From: Laetmonice hystrix | Taxonomy: Eukaryota | Direction of reading: 5' to 3' | Length of the DNA: 64,000 nucleotides | Assembly: GCA_965235115.1 (NCBI GenBank) | Contig: OZ249436.1 | Span: 54,314,001 to 54,378,000 of the forward strand | Shown here: in pieces, positions 1-15,333 of the stretch | How positions within the stretch are numbered: the first letter of the stretch is position 1 | How the letters are laid out: each line of letters opens with the position of its first letter | Program-made: the position numbers and the translations under genes | Notes under the pieces: model-generated | Told to the model about the DNA's origin: nothing | What the model saw: the letters and a program-made list of their open reading frames with translations, nothing else | The model's database searches: none

Positions 1-780
1 TGCCCCCCCCCCCCCGAATTGGCCCCTCGGGATTCTGCGGACTGGCTACGGCCCTGAATTTCCTAAAAGATTCCAAGGAAAGAACTGCATATTTGCTAAA
101 ATTTTGCAAGGAAAGAAATGCAACTTTGCTGCAAGATTCTAAGGAAAGAATTACAACTTGAGTAAACGATTGTAAGGAATGTTTATCAATTTCCTCTCAG
201 AATCTCTGAATGATGGAAATGTCAAATGGTGTTCAAGGGAAAACTTTCCTTCAAGGAGATGGCAAAGATGAAGAGAAAGGCGGAGAATAGATAGAACGAA
301 GAAAAAAGATTTCATGTTGTATGTTTCTGCCAATACACCAATACATGGGGTTTCTCATGAACGAAACCCAATGCAGTGTATTCAAGACGTAAAACTGTGC
401 TGGCAATGACGGCACTATGTGCCTCGGGTTGTGGTCATGTAAACACGCTATAATGAGTAGCACGACATAAAGTAACGGATGTATAGTAGGGCCTACACTG
501 ATTTAATATTTCTGGATACCTAACATTTTTTAATATATTACATTATATTAAATCTTTTGGATATACAAAAACAATTTTTTCTATATATTTCTTGTAAAAA
601 CACAATGATTACAATTTCTTACAAATTTTTAAGATTGAAAAATAATTTCCTTAATGATCCCATACGTGAAAAATTAAATCAGTGTCTCTTTCTGGGGGGT
701 TTTCCATACCGTCTTGCACGCTGGAATAGCGAATCATACACTAGTACCACGACGTAACGTCAAAGGATAAATATCGGGGA

Positions 781-1140
781 GGTCAACACTACAGACAAAA
801 CACAACAGTCCCTCTGTGGGTTGGCGGACTGCCTGCCTGGATGGCACCAATTACGGGTGAAGAACACCCTTGAAAACCAATTAGAAACACTAGTCTAACA
901 CGTCACATGGCTAGGCCTACTTCAGGGAAATACTGACTCGGGAGGGGTTGAAGGCGTGAAAGAAAAGTTGACGATGACTGGAGGAATATCACAACTCGCT
1001 GAGGACATAATGAACTAGCGTCAACTCTTACTGGCTGCCACAACATGTGCAATGCTACAAAGCTGGAGGAGAGAAATATAGGAGAAAAAGGCATGCGAAA
1101 GTTGACAGACCTCTCTCGTGTGTGCACTTACCACGCAATC
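781..1140 (+). pseudogene. Possible Penelope-like reverse transcriptase relic
   Basis: One stop-interrupted frame gives GQHYRQ..VP..., RKVDD..., and RKLTDLSR..YH in the order expected for Penelope RT motifs (Y.Q..G.PMG, RYVDD, YRKPT). Confidence 0.3.
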
Positions 1141-2444
1141 CTGAATGTTCCAGGAGCAGATGAAGAGAAGGCAAGTTACCATAGCAGCTAACACACTTGA
1201 CGCTGTACCATATAACTTGGAAGCAAAACTCAATGTGTTTGGCCAAACACTAACCAAAAGTTGTAGCAGAAAGCTTCTCAAAGAGAACGCTCTAATAAAT
1301 ATAGTAATGTATAACAAAATATTGCTCATTATTTAAATGGACGATCCCTCTTTATTCCTAATATTATCTCGATTTTCATTGGTACTCTAACTAGCGAGCA
1401 ACGAACATAACTCTTCGCGGCAAAAAATAAAAAAATAATATTAAAAAATCAAGCCAAAAACATAACAACCCACGCACGCTGCTGTGATTTCCATCGCCGC
1501 TGTGTCTTTTTCACAACGGTACTGAGAACCAGGAACGTTATAAACAATAACCAGGTTCCCGGCGGCGCCTCGTCATGCTTGCAGCATACAATGATTTCTT
1601 TCCGTGCAGCGGGCAGCGGGTCGCCGTCAGGCGGTGCCCCCCCCCCCCCCCACGATCGCGGATGATTAAAGTTCCCAATTACCACCCAAATGCATTACAT
1701 TGCATATACTGCTGCCAACTGACCGCAGGCGCCTTGGCCGACGGGGCAGAACTTGAGGGCCCCCACTCAAACGACCAAAACATTGCACTCCTTGTGCTGC
1801 CCTTCTGCCTGGTCAGTAATAGATATTAAACGTAACAAAGATCTTGACCCGAGGAATTCTGTAATACTGCTACTTTTACACCGTTAGCGCAGTTTTTTGC
1901 CGTTTAGGCTACCTGTCGGAAGTGTCGGGCCTCATTATTTGCCGTTTCCAACGTTAAAATGGCAGATAACTGGAAACCTTCTGAATAAAACCTGAGAAAT
2001 ATAAAGCCCTTGAACTGCTGACCAGCCCCAGAATTTCCCAGTTTATGCCTAATTGCCCAACCACCTGAGGACCACATTGACGGATTGCTGGGTGATTGGT
2101 GCTGACAGGGGGAGCCACTAAAGTCTGTCTCCCCTCGGTCGACACCTCACGTGACGTCCTCATCACGTCACCGTCATGAGTTCCGTAAACCATGACGGAT
2201 CTGTGGTCGCGAAACGCCCGTGATGCTCCGTTATTACAGCGCCTCTCACCTCTGGGTTCAAACCTCCTCCATACATGCCGGATGGACGGATGTGAGCTTT
2301 GTCAGCTAACCCTGCGCGCCCCACTGCGCTGTTATGGACCTCACTTCACTAACATCCGCCCCTCCCCATTTCGAGACCAGTTGGTATGATAGCCAAGGGA
2401 CTTAATAATGTAGACTAGGGTCTCACCTTGCCGTTGATAGACAT

Positions 2445-2820
2445 AACACTGATGTACTAGAGTGACGTACGGTACTGTTGGTAGATATTTCAGATGGCAC
2501 CGATGTATTAAAAGGGCAATGGACTGATGTAGACCCACCCCCACCCCTTCCATGGATAGCCATGTCACTTAGGCCTAGGCCTAGGCCTATGTAGTTTTTT
2601 TTCGCTCGGGTGTTATTGGTAGACTGTCTATTGAAAGCCAATGAATTGATGTAGACTCCCCCTACCATTGATAGTCATGTCATTTATGTAGATTCGCGTT
2701 TATAACTATCGGCCATGGAAGTAATGTGAAGCCAGACCTATGGACACTGAGAGCCATGGAACTGGTGTAGAACCAGACATGATTTGGTGAGCCTGATGTA
2801 AGATCAGACCGACCATTTAG
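2445..2820. repeat. Degenerate tandem repeat (CCATGGA..TGATGTAGAC motif)
   Basis: TGATGTAGAC-like motifs recur at irregular spacing. Confidence 0.5.
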
Positions 2821-3013
2821 AGGACATAGGGGATATAGGGGAGACAAAACAAAGTGCCACAGTTATCAAATCAATCATACCTTTTCTAATGCAGAAAAAT
2901 CATCATCAGTAAGCATTTTTAAAACCATAAATTTTTGCCAACTTCGCAAGCACAACAGTAGATGTTTAGTCAGCGCGACAGTGACGCACTCTGGCGGTGA
3001 ATGACATACTTAC

Positions 3014-3078
3014 TTTAATGAAGGAGCGCATCCTCTGCTCCGTCATCTTGCCGTCATTCTTGACGTTGGCACGCTCAT
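3014..3078 (-). CDS. SLC8A: NCX next coding exon (65 nt; DERANVKNDGKMTEQRMRSFIK), start of the cytosolic loop
   Basis: Acceptor tttttccctgccag and donor AAA|GTAAGT. The phase 1 start matches the upstream exon (G+AT = Asp) and the frame stays open. Implies a ~17.7-kb intron (3079-20788). The gene continues beyond position 1. Confidence 0.8.
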
Positions 3079-5047
3079 CTGGCAGGGAAAAAAACATCAC
3101 AGTATGACTACATTTCAGATCGACCTCTGACGGCAACCCTTGCACCGTAAAGTACATGCCCTGAGGTAGCTCAACTCTCCCGGGTCCAGCGGAGTTAGGA
3201 GAAGCCTTGCACAGCGGCAGCAACATGGCAAACAGCATGGCTTCACACGTCTAGAGCCAGGTGGTGACGAAGGTAGTTGAAAAGGAAGTACAGCAACTAC
3301 CCCCACCCCACCGAGGGGGGCCAACCCTGTTTTGTGTTTTGTGATTAAATCCGATGCGAATTCACTTTATTATTTCACAACATGGAGCCATGCTTTACAC
3401 CAAAACGTCTACGATAAACTCAGTTATACAGATAAACGGAAACCATAGACAAGGAATTAATTATAAAACATTGTGATAATTATATCTACTTCATTACAAT
3501 ATAAAAATGCAGTGTTGGAACAAAACAAGCATTCTGCATTTTGCAAATAAAGGAAAGATTAATTTAAAATATTTAATAAAAATCTGTCTACGGGGTTTAA
3601 TCTTCTGTTAAAAAATTAATGTAATTACCAAAAGTATGCAATTAATATCTCCATGTAACCCTTAGGGTTGCTGTATAACATCTCACAAACAACATAGTAT
3701 TTCGAGTGGTTAAATCGAGCAGAAGCCACCATGCACCTCAAGCACTACACATGGGACTAAGAGGTTCCAATAATTCCGCCCCAGGGGTTTAATCTCATTA
3801 CCAATATACTTGGAAAAGTAATCTACTAATGTGCATAGGTAGCCTTAGCGCATTATTTGCCCATCACCTCAGCGTTTATATAAGGGAAAGCTAGTTCATC
3901 GCCGGGATAATAAGGTGAAGATTATCGGATGAGTAAAACACAGAAAAAAAACTAGTGGCCAAAACCTACCATGGGGCCTATGCCTATTTCTTTGACGGTT
4001 TTAGTTAAGCTTCAGTCAACTGCATTTTAGATTATTCTCTACCCTTTTTTGGCACTTTTGGATTCAATAATAGTTTTATATTTTCAGCTGACCGTTGACA
4101 ACATCTACTGTCATCTTCTCTTTCTTCAAGAATATCCGAATGATATTTATAAAAATTGGTACGTAAGAAAACAACTAAATTTTTGGTCTTAAGGTAATAC
4201 AGAAGCGACTCCTTAATTCTCTAAAACTTGGGGCTGGTTTCTCTGTCGTTGGGCAAGTCGTTTGCTTAACTTGGGCCAACTGCCTGCAAATACTATTTGG
4301 CGGGGGGGGGGGGGGTCACATGTGACAAAGAAACCGCCCCCGGACTAGAACTGGCTTCTGGATATTCGATCTTTTATCATCTAATGTATGGGCATGTTAA
4401 TTGATAACTTAATTACTATAAGGCTAAGACTAATAATAGAAAGGAACCCCCAGTATAGGCAGTTATACTACTTTCTTCTATACCTGGGATAGGACATCTA
4501 ATCTAGAAGCTGCAATAACGGTTTCATTGTAACTTTGGAGTAGGGGAGGCATTTACAAAGTAAGTACCAAAGCACCATGCAGGCAGGGGAGTACGAAACC
4601 CACCAACTTGGGAGCATGCAGGCAGGTAGAAAAGCACCAAATCCAACCGCCTTGGGAGTATGCAGGAAGGCAGGGGACCACCTAACCCGGTTGACTTGGG
4701 AGCATGCAACATGTAACAACACTACCTCCGAGGAAGCTGTCCACTTTATACGCCTTTTTCCTGCGCCACGGGAGGTAACTGGCTGTAAGGGAAGATTTCG
4801 GTCAGTGTCACCGGAAGTCCAACCTGAGGACGTGACGTCAGCACGTCCCAACATGCAGTGTAAACGTTCTCTCTCCACAATACTGAATGAATGTATGTAT
4901 GGGGGTGGAATGGGGTGCATATGCCAGGGTGTAACGAGACTTGAATGCACCATTTATATATTTACCCCTCAAAGTTATTCAGCCCATGCAAAGTTGGCAG
5001 TGTATTGTTTTCAAACAGAATAAGTTTTGACGATACTTATTTATTTC

Positions 5048-5133
5048 GGACTATTGTGTCCTAAGTTTGATACATGGACTATTGTGTCCTAAGTTTGATA
5101 CATGGACTATTGTGTCCTAAGTTTGATACATGG
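5048..5133. repeat. 28-bp tandem repeat x3
   Basis: Unit GGACTATTGTGTCCTAAGTTTGATACAT. Confidence 0.95.
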
Positions 5134-8100
5134 AATATCAACTACATGTATTCACAATAATACGGTTGGTAAAAGTTGGTAAAACGAGGTATTCTGGTAC
5201 TTCTAGCTATCACCCAAACCGTTAGTAGAATATCTAGCAATATCTTGCGTTATTCTGGAGCATTGCCGATGGTAGAGACAGATAGAAAAGGCATCTTCAT
5301 GATGTCCAGCATCATCATACCTGTAGCATCTACATGAGATAGAATTAACAGTGAGAGAAGAGAAAAAGATTGTCAATCCATTTCCATATATTTTGAGAAG
5401 GTTCAACAATCTCTCTAGCTATACCTTCACCTTGCCCATTCCATATAGATGAACTAACTGTCCGATAAATAAAACAAGTATGCCCCGTTCTAAGCTAAAA
5501 TCTCATGAATACGCGAATTCCTTGGAACATAAATCCTGCTTGATCTCACCTAAAGTGCACAGATCAGTGATGAATCACATCATAACTTCAACGAAACTGT
5601 TTTAGCACTCAAAGCTTAGAAACTCATTTATCTCTGCCTTATCAACTCATAAAATATACACACTGATATGAACTGGCTGGCAAGTAATGTCAGAGAATTA
5701 TTGGCAAGATTATAAATCATATTAATAACCCTTAACGTCGCGTACACAGAACGTGGTACCACAAGAACGAATGGCGTCTGAAATAATCCGGCTACGTCAC
5801 CCGGGACGTGACAATTTCACCCGGGACGTGACAACGTCACCGCTGACGTCATGTACCGTGATAACGTCACTCGTCGTCAACTGCGGCCTCTCTGAAGCAG
5901 CAATGACTTCTGGGTGTTAGCTTTACCCTCGCTAAATATGTCTTGTATCCTAGTCGGTGCCAAATTTCGATCACATATTACTACTAATACATTTCCTTCT
6001 GATTTGTCAAATAACCAGTCTGATAAGTTACTTTAACCATAGCAACACAAATATAATACACTCATATCTCCCTATATCGATATTATGATGTCCAGACCTG
6101 GCACTCGTAAGCCCTACAGTGACAGATCAGTCTTTACGGTGTAATGTAAACGAGATGAGGTAACTAGTACGGTGTAATGTAAACTCATACATGAGACGCA
6201 TGCATAGGCCTATATTTCAAGTGGCCTGAACATTAAGGCGGGTGAAATAAACCCTTTTCGAAATTGGTTACATTTTCCAAACCAGCTTAAGCAATCAGTA
6301 GCGCTTTCTGTCAGGCAGGGATCGTCCACATAATCCACCAGACTGCTGGTTGCTGACATCCACTACAGTGGTTATTTGATTCCAATACACTCATTGATGT
6401 TGGGATAGATCCCCTTCATCTAACTACCGCTACTGAGGGCATGTCTATGTAAGCGATACCCAACATTCGGAAGGCATTTCCCCGAGTGGATTAGACTTTT
6501 TTCCGCTTCCTTAGCAATAGCACGATAGAGGATTATACGTTACATTTGTGGGGCCTGGGCCGACACAAAAAGCATGATATCCAAGTTACGATACACTGAA
6601 ACAAGCTAAAACGGGCTTTTTACCAAACAATCATTAAAACTAAACGGCCTATTGTCTGTTTTCGTCATGAATGACCAGTATATAATGAAAGGCTATGTGA
6701 CCACGATACGATATGTACAGAATGAGATACACATACTATAAGATACATTTAGCGGTAACATTGATGGCAGAAGCCCTTTGTCCCGGCACGTAAAGGTGTC
6801 TCACTAATGTGGCTCAGTTTTTGTGCTCACGCTTGTCATTTCCTTGTGTTGCTCACTATCTTGGATTACCGTTGTGGCTGATGTGCAACCTCGCTATTTT
6901 TGCGGTCTCGAGGTAGTGTGCACCGCTGTGGCTAATTGCGGCTCCTGTCTCTTGTTGCACATTGCTTGCCCAGTATTTTTACATTGGTGCGATCCGTTTA
7001 CATATATCCGGGGTCCCCATGCAGCGATGCGCGTGTAAAAATCAGAGTTGGAGAATTACAGCAATGCAATACGGCCAATTAGGCTTGAATCTGTTCCATT
7101 GGCAAGGCGCAATGGCGGATATATGCGAACTGAGCGAGTATCGGCAGAAAGGGGGAAAAGGAAACCGAAAACCTCGAATATCCTTCTTTTTCCTGCCGAG
7201 TTCTGTCAGGTGTTTGGTGACCTTATTACATATTTTGATCGTGAATACGGGTGTAGACCATACTTAGAGATACTTTGAAAGTGATGTCATATAAAAATAG
7301 TGAGCCTATTGCAATTTTCCTCTAAATAATTGTTTACCCCCTACATTAATCACAAACTTGGGGTCTATTTACTTGTGCCGTACAGTAACCCCGCACAGAT
7401 CTATTTATTGGTGCCGAACAGTGAGCCTTCACCTCCCATCTTCACTCTCAGCGCTGCCATCCTTGCGCTCAGCCACTCCGTTTTTTTGCAATTCCAATGT
7501 AATCTATTCTGGCAACAGTTGAGACGTTTGTCGGAGCGCGCAGGGCGGGCCCGGGATGTCGTCGACTGAGGCGGTTAGCCGAACGCCGCCACTGTCAAGG
7601 ACGTCTCCATGCCCGACGTCCGCCAACGTCTCTGTCGTGGTACGAGACACCAGCCAGTTATACCGTGCAACATGTCTCTTCCAAACTGTTTCTGGGTGTC
7701 AGGCCGAGATCAGAAAGCATTAAGCTTGGCCGGGTGTTGATCTAATTATCGTCTGCTTGTCAAGGTCAAAGGGCAAATCTTTATGGAGAGCTGCTAAGCT
7801 AAGTGCCATGTACCAGCTCGGAAGGTAAATGAGACATGGAAGGAGGGGGAATCCCTTGGGAAATACGTCCATTACGGTTGGTGCCAGCCATACCGCAGGT
7901 GTTGGGTGAACCCGTGTTCCTTCTCATCAGCCTTCGGCAACTTCTCCCTCAAGGTCCAAGTCGGAAAAACAAACGCTTCCAGTGATCCAGGATATGTCTG
8001 GGCGCCTCGGCCCAATACATAAATAATTAACAATTTCTCCCACTTTACACTGAATTTGAAATTATATGCCCGAAGTTGTAAGGGGGCCTTTTTACCTGCA

Positions 8101-10984
8101 TGCAGCCTTTCTCGCTTGTTTCAAAACACTCACTACAACCAAGTTTTATACTTTACGAAGAGGACCACATCAGTGCCAGAGCCATTCGGAACACTCGGTA
8201 ACCCCCGGAAAACATCGGAGGCGGGAAGATTCCCCGGACAGTGCATGTGAGCGCCATTTTTGCCGTTCTGACAGTAGGGCCTATTAAACACTTAAAAAGG
8301 TTGCACGAGATTTGATTTCTTTTGAATTGTTCCGTGAGCAGTTCACCTTTTTGGGAACTTTTTACGAATATTTTTCTCTTTCAGTTGTCCACAGCATTAT
8401 TAACCGCCCGCCAAGCGGAGTCACGTGACCCCTATGGTGGCGTTTGGCGACTTGATAACGTTAAAACCAACAGGACTGGAAGGCTTCCTGCTTCCTACAG
8501 ACTTTCCCTATACATGTACACGTATTTTACTTGCGGGCACATTCATCAACAAACCCATTCCTCACAATTCATGGCTAACACCAATGGCTTCTGTGCGTTG
8601 TTTACCCTGGGATAGTTTGCGTGGTAGGTGGTGGGTGGGGCCTGGGGTAATTCCTGCGTGACACCTCCGGCAATGTTACTTTGGACCTGAAGGGCTGATA
8701 GAACATCTCCTAGGAGTAGGTTCCCCCTACATTTTATGCAGCTTTAATTGATTGGTAATGATTCCACATTGGTGATAGGAAGGGGCACATACCCTGCATG
8801 CATGGCGTCCTTCTACTCATTGGAGGGGAGATGGCAGCACCCTTCCCCTCCCAACCCTGCAGCTAGTAAAGATCCGACCTCCAGATCGAGTGTGCCGTCC
8901 TGTCCGACATGGTTGGGGGTGTTTGTATTGTCAACAGTTGCCGGTCTGTAGAGACTTCCCTCGACATGCAGACCGACTTGAACCATGTTTTTAAACACTT
9001 CATTTTCCCTCTGTTGGAATCAAGACTGTACTGTCTTGCGCGGACCAGCCTAATTGTTTCCTCCGGGGGAGGGGGGGGGCGTGTTTGTATTCCGAACAGT
9101 GGTCCTACCCACAATCAACTGAATACGCGACCAATGGGCACGTCCATGTCTTTAAAACTTTGAATTTGCACACTTCAGTTGTGAAAAATCGTGCCTTGGT
9201 CCTGGCCATCGACATGGAGCCTCCAAATCATTAACCCAGAAAAATGTCGGCACACACGTGTCCCCCTTCCTCTTGGGAAATGCAATATGCAGAGATCTGA
9301 ATAGATTGGCGGCAATCCGGTAAGTATCTTTGGCCGTGCCTGGTGGCGGGTGTTAATTTTGGAGGATATCATCACACACCGTCCCTAACTGTACCCCGAC
9401 ACGGCGATATAAAAAGGTCATGGAAATAACTCCACAACATAAAGAATACCACATCTCACTAATATCTTACAAATAATACCAAAATAACTCATATACGGGC
9501 ACAGTCTGTCCCTATAGCCTGCCCACATGATATATGTCCCATTAAAGCAACCTTCCCGGTATATTACTGTAACGTGATATATGTTATAGATGAAGATATA
9601 TATCAGTGTCAAAATACGGCATTACAAGGCCCACTAACTGTAAACTCATTATCCGCATGTTAAAGCCAGTGAAAACTTCCCCATCCTTCACAACGCCTGG
9701 ATGACTGCCATTGAGCGCAGAGATGAATTCAGGCTTTATGGATTAAACGAGTGTCCTATCATTCACCACTCGTCGGTCTCACTGCTAAACACCTGTCGAT
9801 TTCTTCACAGCCGCCTTGCGTTCACAGCTAACACGGATAAACACCGCATAAATAGGAGCCCATTAATTATTTTAATTGCAGTTTCCATAGTTAGATTATA
9901 AATCTCAGAGCTTAATCTGTTAAATTTAAACAATTTTGAAAAAAACTACCATTTTTCAGTCAGAATTCAGAACGGCATTACTTGGATGAATGCGTACACC
10001 ACGGGGGGAGTCGATATCGGGGAACAGCATCAGCACAACAATGTTATTATCTACTGCTCCTACTATATATGTGCCCCGGCTAATGATGCCAATACGACAG
10101 ATACCGTATTCTCCCTCATTGTGAACATCATTACATGGCATGAAACGACCGCTATCAAAGTATCATGTTTTTTTTTCTGAGCCAGGAAATGAAAGTCTAT
10201 TACATCGTGCTCGCTGCATGCTGAAAGGCACGGTATGTATGGGCTAGTACGAAATGCCACCACTAAACCCGAGTGTGTAAGTATGTGTACATAATGCGTT
10301 TAGTACACGGATTTAACCTATATCCCAAATATATTCTGTACCCTGCTTATCCTGCTATAATACACCCTCCTACGTCTACATCAAACATATAAACAATACA
10401 TCCTACAAGGGGCTCAAATCGACGCTTCACCCAGTTTGCTGTCACACTATAATTAAGTCAACGTGGAAATAGGACCAGATCGGTCTACACTTCAATCAAA
10501 TGATATATCCCTCTCTACATGAATAGGGCTTGATTGATTTATCCTTTTTTATACAATTTATTCACAGCTAGCTAGGTCAACTTGCCTGACCGTTCAAAGT
10601 AGCAGGTTGTTGCTAGGATATCCATAAAAAAAATCTATTGATTTCACGCCCAGCAACACCTCGGCTATCGTAAACTAATCACAGTACCTGAATCTTTAAT
10701 GCCGACTATGAAGCCAAATTAGACTCACTTTGCGAGGGTAACTATTATTGATATCAACATTGCATGTACACTGGACTACCAGCACAACACAATAGCCTTG
10801 TGCGCATATAACATAACATTTGATAACGGCATGCCGTGGACGTATTGATTGCTTTCACCACTGAAAACAAACAAATGCCAAATCTGACCTAATCTGGGCC
10901 ACAAGTTGTTAGGCCCCTACCCGCGTTTTCTGTGACATCGTTTACTATAACCAGTTGTCGATCTGCAATATCCTCTACCAGACA

Positions 10985-11090
10985 CGGGGCGTTTCACAAC
11001 CTGTCGTTAACCTGTATCGTTAAAACCAATGTATTTTCAATGGGGAATTTAACGACCGACACAAGTTAACGATCATTGTGAAATGTACCC
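10985..11090. mobile_element. Decayed Harbinger-type palindromic MITE
   Basis: GGGGCGTTTCACAA..TCGTTAAC / GTTAACGA..TTGTGAAATGTACCC. Confidence 0.55.
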
Positions 11091-14000
11091 TTGGCTCGGT
11101 ATTATTATGTGACGCGTGAGTAGTTGTTGGGCTTGCGACAGGTCTGTGCAATGACCTGAACTACGGTAGCTTTGATCTCTGTGTCCCGACGCGTGAATGG
11201 ATATAACTGAAAATGGCCGCTAGGTGGATATGACATGTAGCGGTGCGGAATCTCCCAATGAGGAACCTGCTTAGCCCTTTAGATGACTGTTCTCTACTCT
11301 TACCGTAGATTAAGAGCCATGGGTCAATTTTAAATCTGCACCAATATTTATTCTTTGCCATACAAAGTCGTAAAAATCTTTGCTATGGGGGATTTATATG
11401 TATGTCTTACATACCAAACTCCAGATGACATGTACATATAATAGATTATCAAATATTAATTAATCTTTACAATACACCTCGGATATTCTATAATATTCTT
11501 AACTTCTCTGAAATAGAAACTAAAACTAAAGCTTTTATATTTATTATGTCTTGACATAAGTGGTACACCCCCGGGGTATTAACTTAAAACCCACGAAATT
11601 TGGTCGGAAGTAAAGATCCATAACCCTGACCTTATCTCTAACCCCTAACCCCAGTCCCTACACTTCCCAAAGACATATCCCTAGCCCTATCCCTGACCTT
11701 AACCCGAACCCCTACCCAAATAATTTGTCTGAAAGTTACCATGGTGGAATAACCACGTAAGTGCTGTGTCTGGCCTAAGATGATGATATTTTGATGTCAT
11801 TTTCATACTTACCTGTGCCGTATTAATAGACATAATAAATCTACCCCAAACCCACCTTCGCAACTGTCCCTGAAAATGAACCTACCCTACCTTGTAACCT
11901 TCCTACATATATGTCTGACAAGAAGTAAAGGAGCTGAGAGAGAATAGATCAGACAGGAAGCCAATGTGATCCAGTGAAATAGTTTTTCTTTTTAAAAGCC
12001 TGAAGAGATATTTACCACCAGAGTTGGCCCCGTGGCCAGTATCTGCAATAAAATCGTGGGGAAAAGTTAAAAACATCCAAACTGAACATCCAAATACAGT
12101 CGTTTCCAAAAATAAAAGAAATTACCTTTGGACTGAAACCTGAAAGCACACGAACATGATACGTTATAATGGCAATGGTTCTGAGTTAAACAAACATCAA
12201 TAAATTCAGAGACCGTGAAGGTTTCCCCTACATGCATGTCTCCCGATAATATATCAAATCCATGTTTGCGAGGAAAAAACATTCCCAGTGGGAGCATTAC
12301 TCTCAGCACATTTTACATACTGGCGTAATTGGAGACAGAGCAAGGCAGCCTTTCCATTTCATGTGTTACAGCCATATTCGATGCAACATACGAGTTGAAG
12401 GCTAATGAATGCAGGTTATACTGACCTAGAATTTACTTGGAGATGCAGAAATGGCGGCATGGTTATGTACCGACCCTAATCTCTAAATAACACCACTACC
12501 GTACACTGTACAGGTTCATTCGAATACACTATACTATTATTTGACATGCAAACATACATGAATATGTCTTCTGATGTAGCAATCACTCCACTACCGCACC
12601 TTAGGCATGCAAATTTGTGCGCTGTAACAGGGTTAGGGTTCCTTTCCTCCAATTCACTTTAAGGAGTAACTGACCTCAGCCTAACTGATCTGAACTTTGT
12701 AAATGCTTCAAGTGTATAAAAAGAAATCTGTTATTGTGGAAGGGATCAATGGGACTTTTGAGAAAATGAGAAAACAGTAAATATTTTCAATTTTCAAAGA
12801 CTTTCTGTAACAAATGAATTTCTCTGAACTGTTTATAGAGCAACAATTTTCAAAGACATTTGAAAATTCTAGGACACCTACTAACCCTGCACAATACACA
12901 TTCACGTATTGATTTTCATTTGGACTACCTAAAAGAACAATCTCCTTCACCATTCTGGAAAGCAAAAGTTTGATGTAATCACCGCACCATGCCGTGTACC
13001 GAGTTATCTAGAGAGTTACCAACCCATTGGTCTAAAACGTAACCGGAAGCGCTGCATGCACGCGACGCAGTTCTCTTCGGGAACATTACTCCCGAGGACA
13101 AGACGTGTTACCAGGGTACTGGGAATCAATCTTTGGGTTTCACTTTTTTTAGTTTCGAGTGCTCGTGTTCCAAACAACAATCTTGTTTATAACACCAATC
13201 AGGAAACTTAGCAAAATGACGTGTCTTTGATGTGTAATTGAATCATACAAAAGCAATATATATTAGGGGTTGTGTCATACGATCACCACAAGCATTCATC
13301 ATTTTGGGAAGACGTGGCAAGAATAACTTCGACTTGAGAATGTTTCATGTCTTTAATGTAATGTTCTATCAGGTTCAGATCGAGGGCAATAGATCTAGAG
13401 AACTCTGATTGCCCGGAAGGAACTATGAGTTTGCTTTGTATTAATTTGTGTAAGTTTTCCTGAAAGCACGGCGCCGCACCGGAAGTGGCCTAATTTTCAA
13501 GCGATGAAATGAGAATTAAAGCAAGCTAGTTTTGAGACAGACTCTCCATGCCACTTAGATTTTGCAGTTCAGGGAGTGGTTATGGAAGCTCTCTATGCTG
13601 AGGAGTTGTCATTTTTAAAAATAAATATTTCCCCCGTGAATCTGTGTGTATTACCTGATTACACACGACTAACCCCCATTCTTCCACTGCTAATCGTCAG
13701 CATTTACATTAGATGGCTTTACTAAGTTAGAGCAACCACAATCAAACTTGTATTGTTTTCTGGGACAGCAAATCTCCCTGTCGAAATTCCGCAATAACGT
13801 GCAAATAAAATAAGATATCAAATTCATCCCAATCTCGTTGGTGACCTGATTGACTGTAATATGTGGTAATGTGATGTGTGATCACTCGCATTGTGGGTGC
13901 TCTATTATAACCTACTGTATGACTGACTGCAGACAAACAGTAACTTTCCCACAAAAGATAAACCAAAGATCTCACAGAAGATAATACCGTCCTTAACTCC

Positions 14001-15196
14001 AGAATATAGGGTATACTCACTCTTCTCTGTCCACCAAGAATACATGTGAAAATTAAGAATTTTTCCACATTAAAACATACTTTTGACCCTATAGGAAGCA
14101 TTTTCTCTACATCTAGGGAAAGGTGTGTCGTAAAATACATGTAGCAAAGTTTACAAAATGGATGATAACATCATTTCAACATGTGAATGCGTAGTCTAAC
14201 GTCAGGGTTTCTGCCAGGATCTGAAGACGACATGTGCTGCCACCTGGAGGAAAACGTCTTTACAAAACGTCTGATCAATACGTCATGTCATTTGTCATAA
14301 CCTGACAACAAGCAGGATTGAGAGTAGGGCTCTGTGATACATATTCCAGGTCATATAGTTTGGGGTAATTTCCATTAAGTGAATTTATCACTGGCAAAAT
14401 AATGTTTGTCCGCAGTTCTGACTGTCAGAACCGGTGAACTTCACCTCCGGCCAGTGCCATTCTCCTCCATCAATAGTAGATGTGATAACTGAACCTGGAA
14501 TGCAAACTTGGCGTGTTTCCGGGGTAAGGTAAGGGGTAAATGGCTGGGAAAGGTTAATTAAAACGGGTTCGGACAACCAGTGAGGCCTTCGTATACCGAG
14601 TGGGCGGCAGATTGAGGAAGGTACACTGGAGAAAATTACAGTCGTTTCCTTGTCACGTACAGTCGTCAATGTACTGAAAAGTAAATAATGGTAAATACAA
14701 TTCTCACAGGATGATCCAATCGTGCCCCCCCCCCCTTCCTCTGGTATTCCATTCAGGCGGCATCGTTTAGCGGACATAGCTTTTTAGGGCATTTGAAATT
14801 TCCTGATTGAATTCCAATTAATGGGGTACATTAGACGCATGCGCAATGGGGATTTCCAGTCAAATCCGCAAGGCGGCAGCACTGTGCAAGCAGTCCTTGC
14901 TGCAGTACGTTAGCATAAGGTTAGATAGGACGACGAAATGCTAATGTGCTGTAGGATGACCTAACCTTATCATTACTAAATAATATTAACTCATTTGGAC
15001 TAAAGTGAATGAAAGACGTTTAAAAATTGTCATACCTTTTTAGAACAAATGTCGGTATGGCAACCAGCCACAGATTAGCAGATATCAGCCTATCTAATTC
15101 TATGCTAAAATGTCGCCTCCTGAACCGCTTGCACAGTGCTGCCGCCATGCGGAAAACGCGGCGACCATGTTCCCCATTGTAGGCCTACCTACCCTG

Positions 15197-15333
15197 GAGC
15201 CCGTCTCACTAAAGGCTGGTTAATAACCAGGTCGTTATTTAACATAGGAGTGAATGGAAGGCTGCTGGTTACAGTAACCAGCAGCCTTCCATTCACTCCT
15301 ATGTTAATAACCAGCCTTTAGTGAGACAGGCCC
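15197..15333. mobile_element. Harbinger/PIF-type palindromic MITE, related to 17183-17335
   Basis: GAGCCCGTCTCACTAAAGGCTGGTT..AACCAGCCTTTAGTGAGACAGGCCC ends, plus a perfect internal palindrome with ~33-bp arms. Confidence 0.8.

Noticed and set aside
7500..7770. Minus-strand 'TVWKRHV', resembling a Gypsy integrase C-terminus
   Set aside because: A single short motif among stops. No LTRs or integrase core were found.
11813..11869. 57-nt candidate NCX cassette exon (ttttcag...CAG|GTAAGT, minus strand)
   Set aside because: In the required phase it reads GTVAKVGLG then TAG. At best a poison exon, with no other support.
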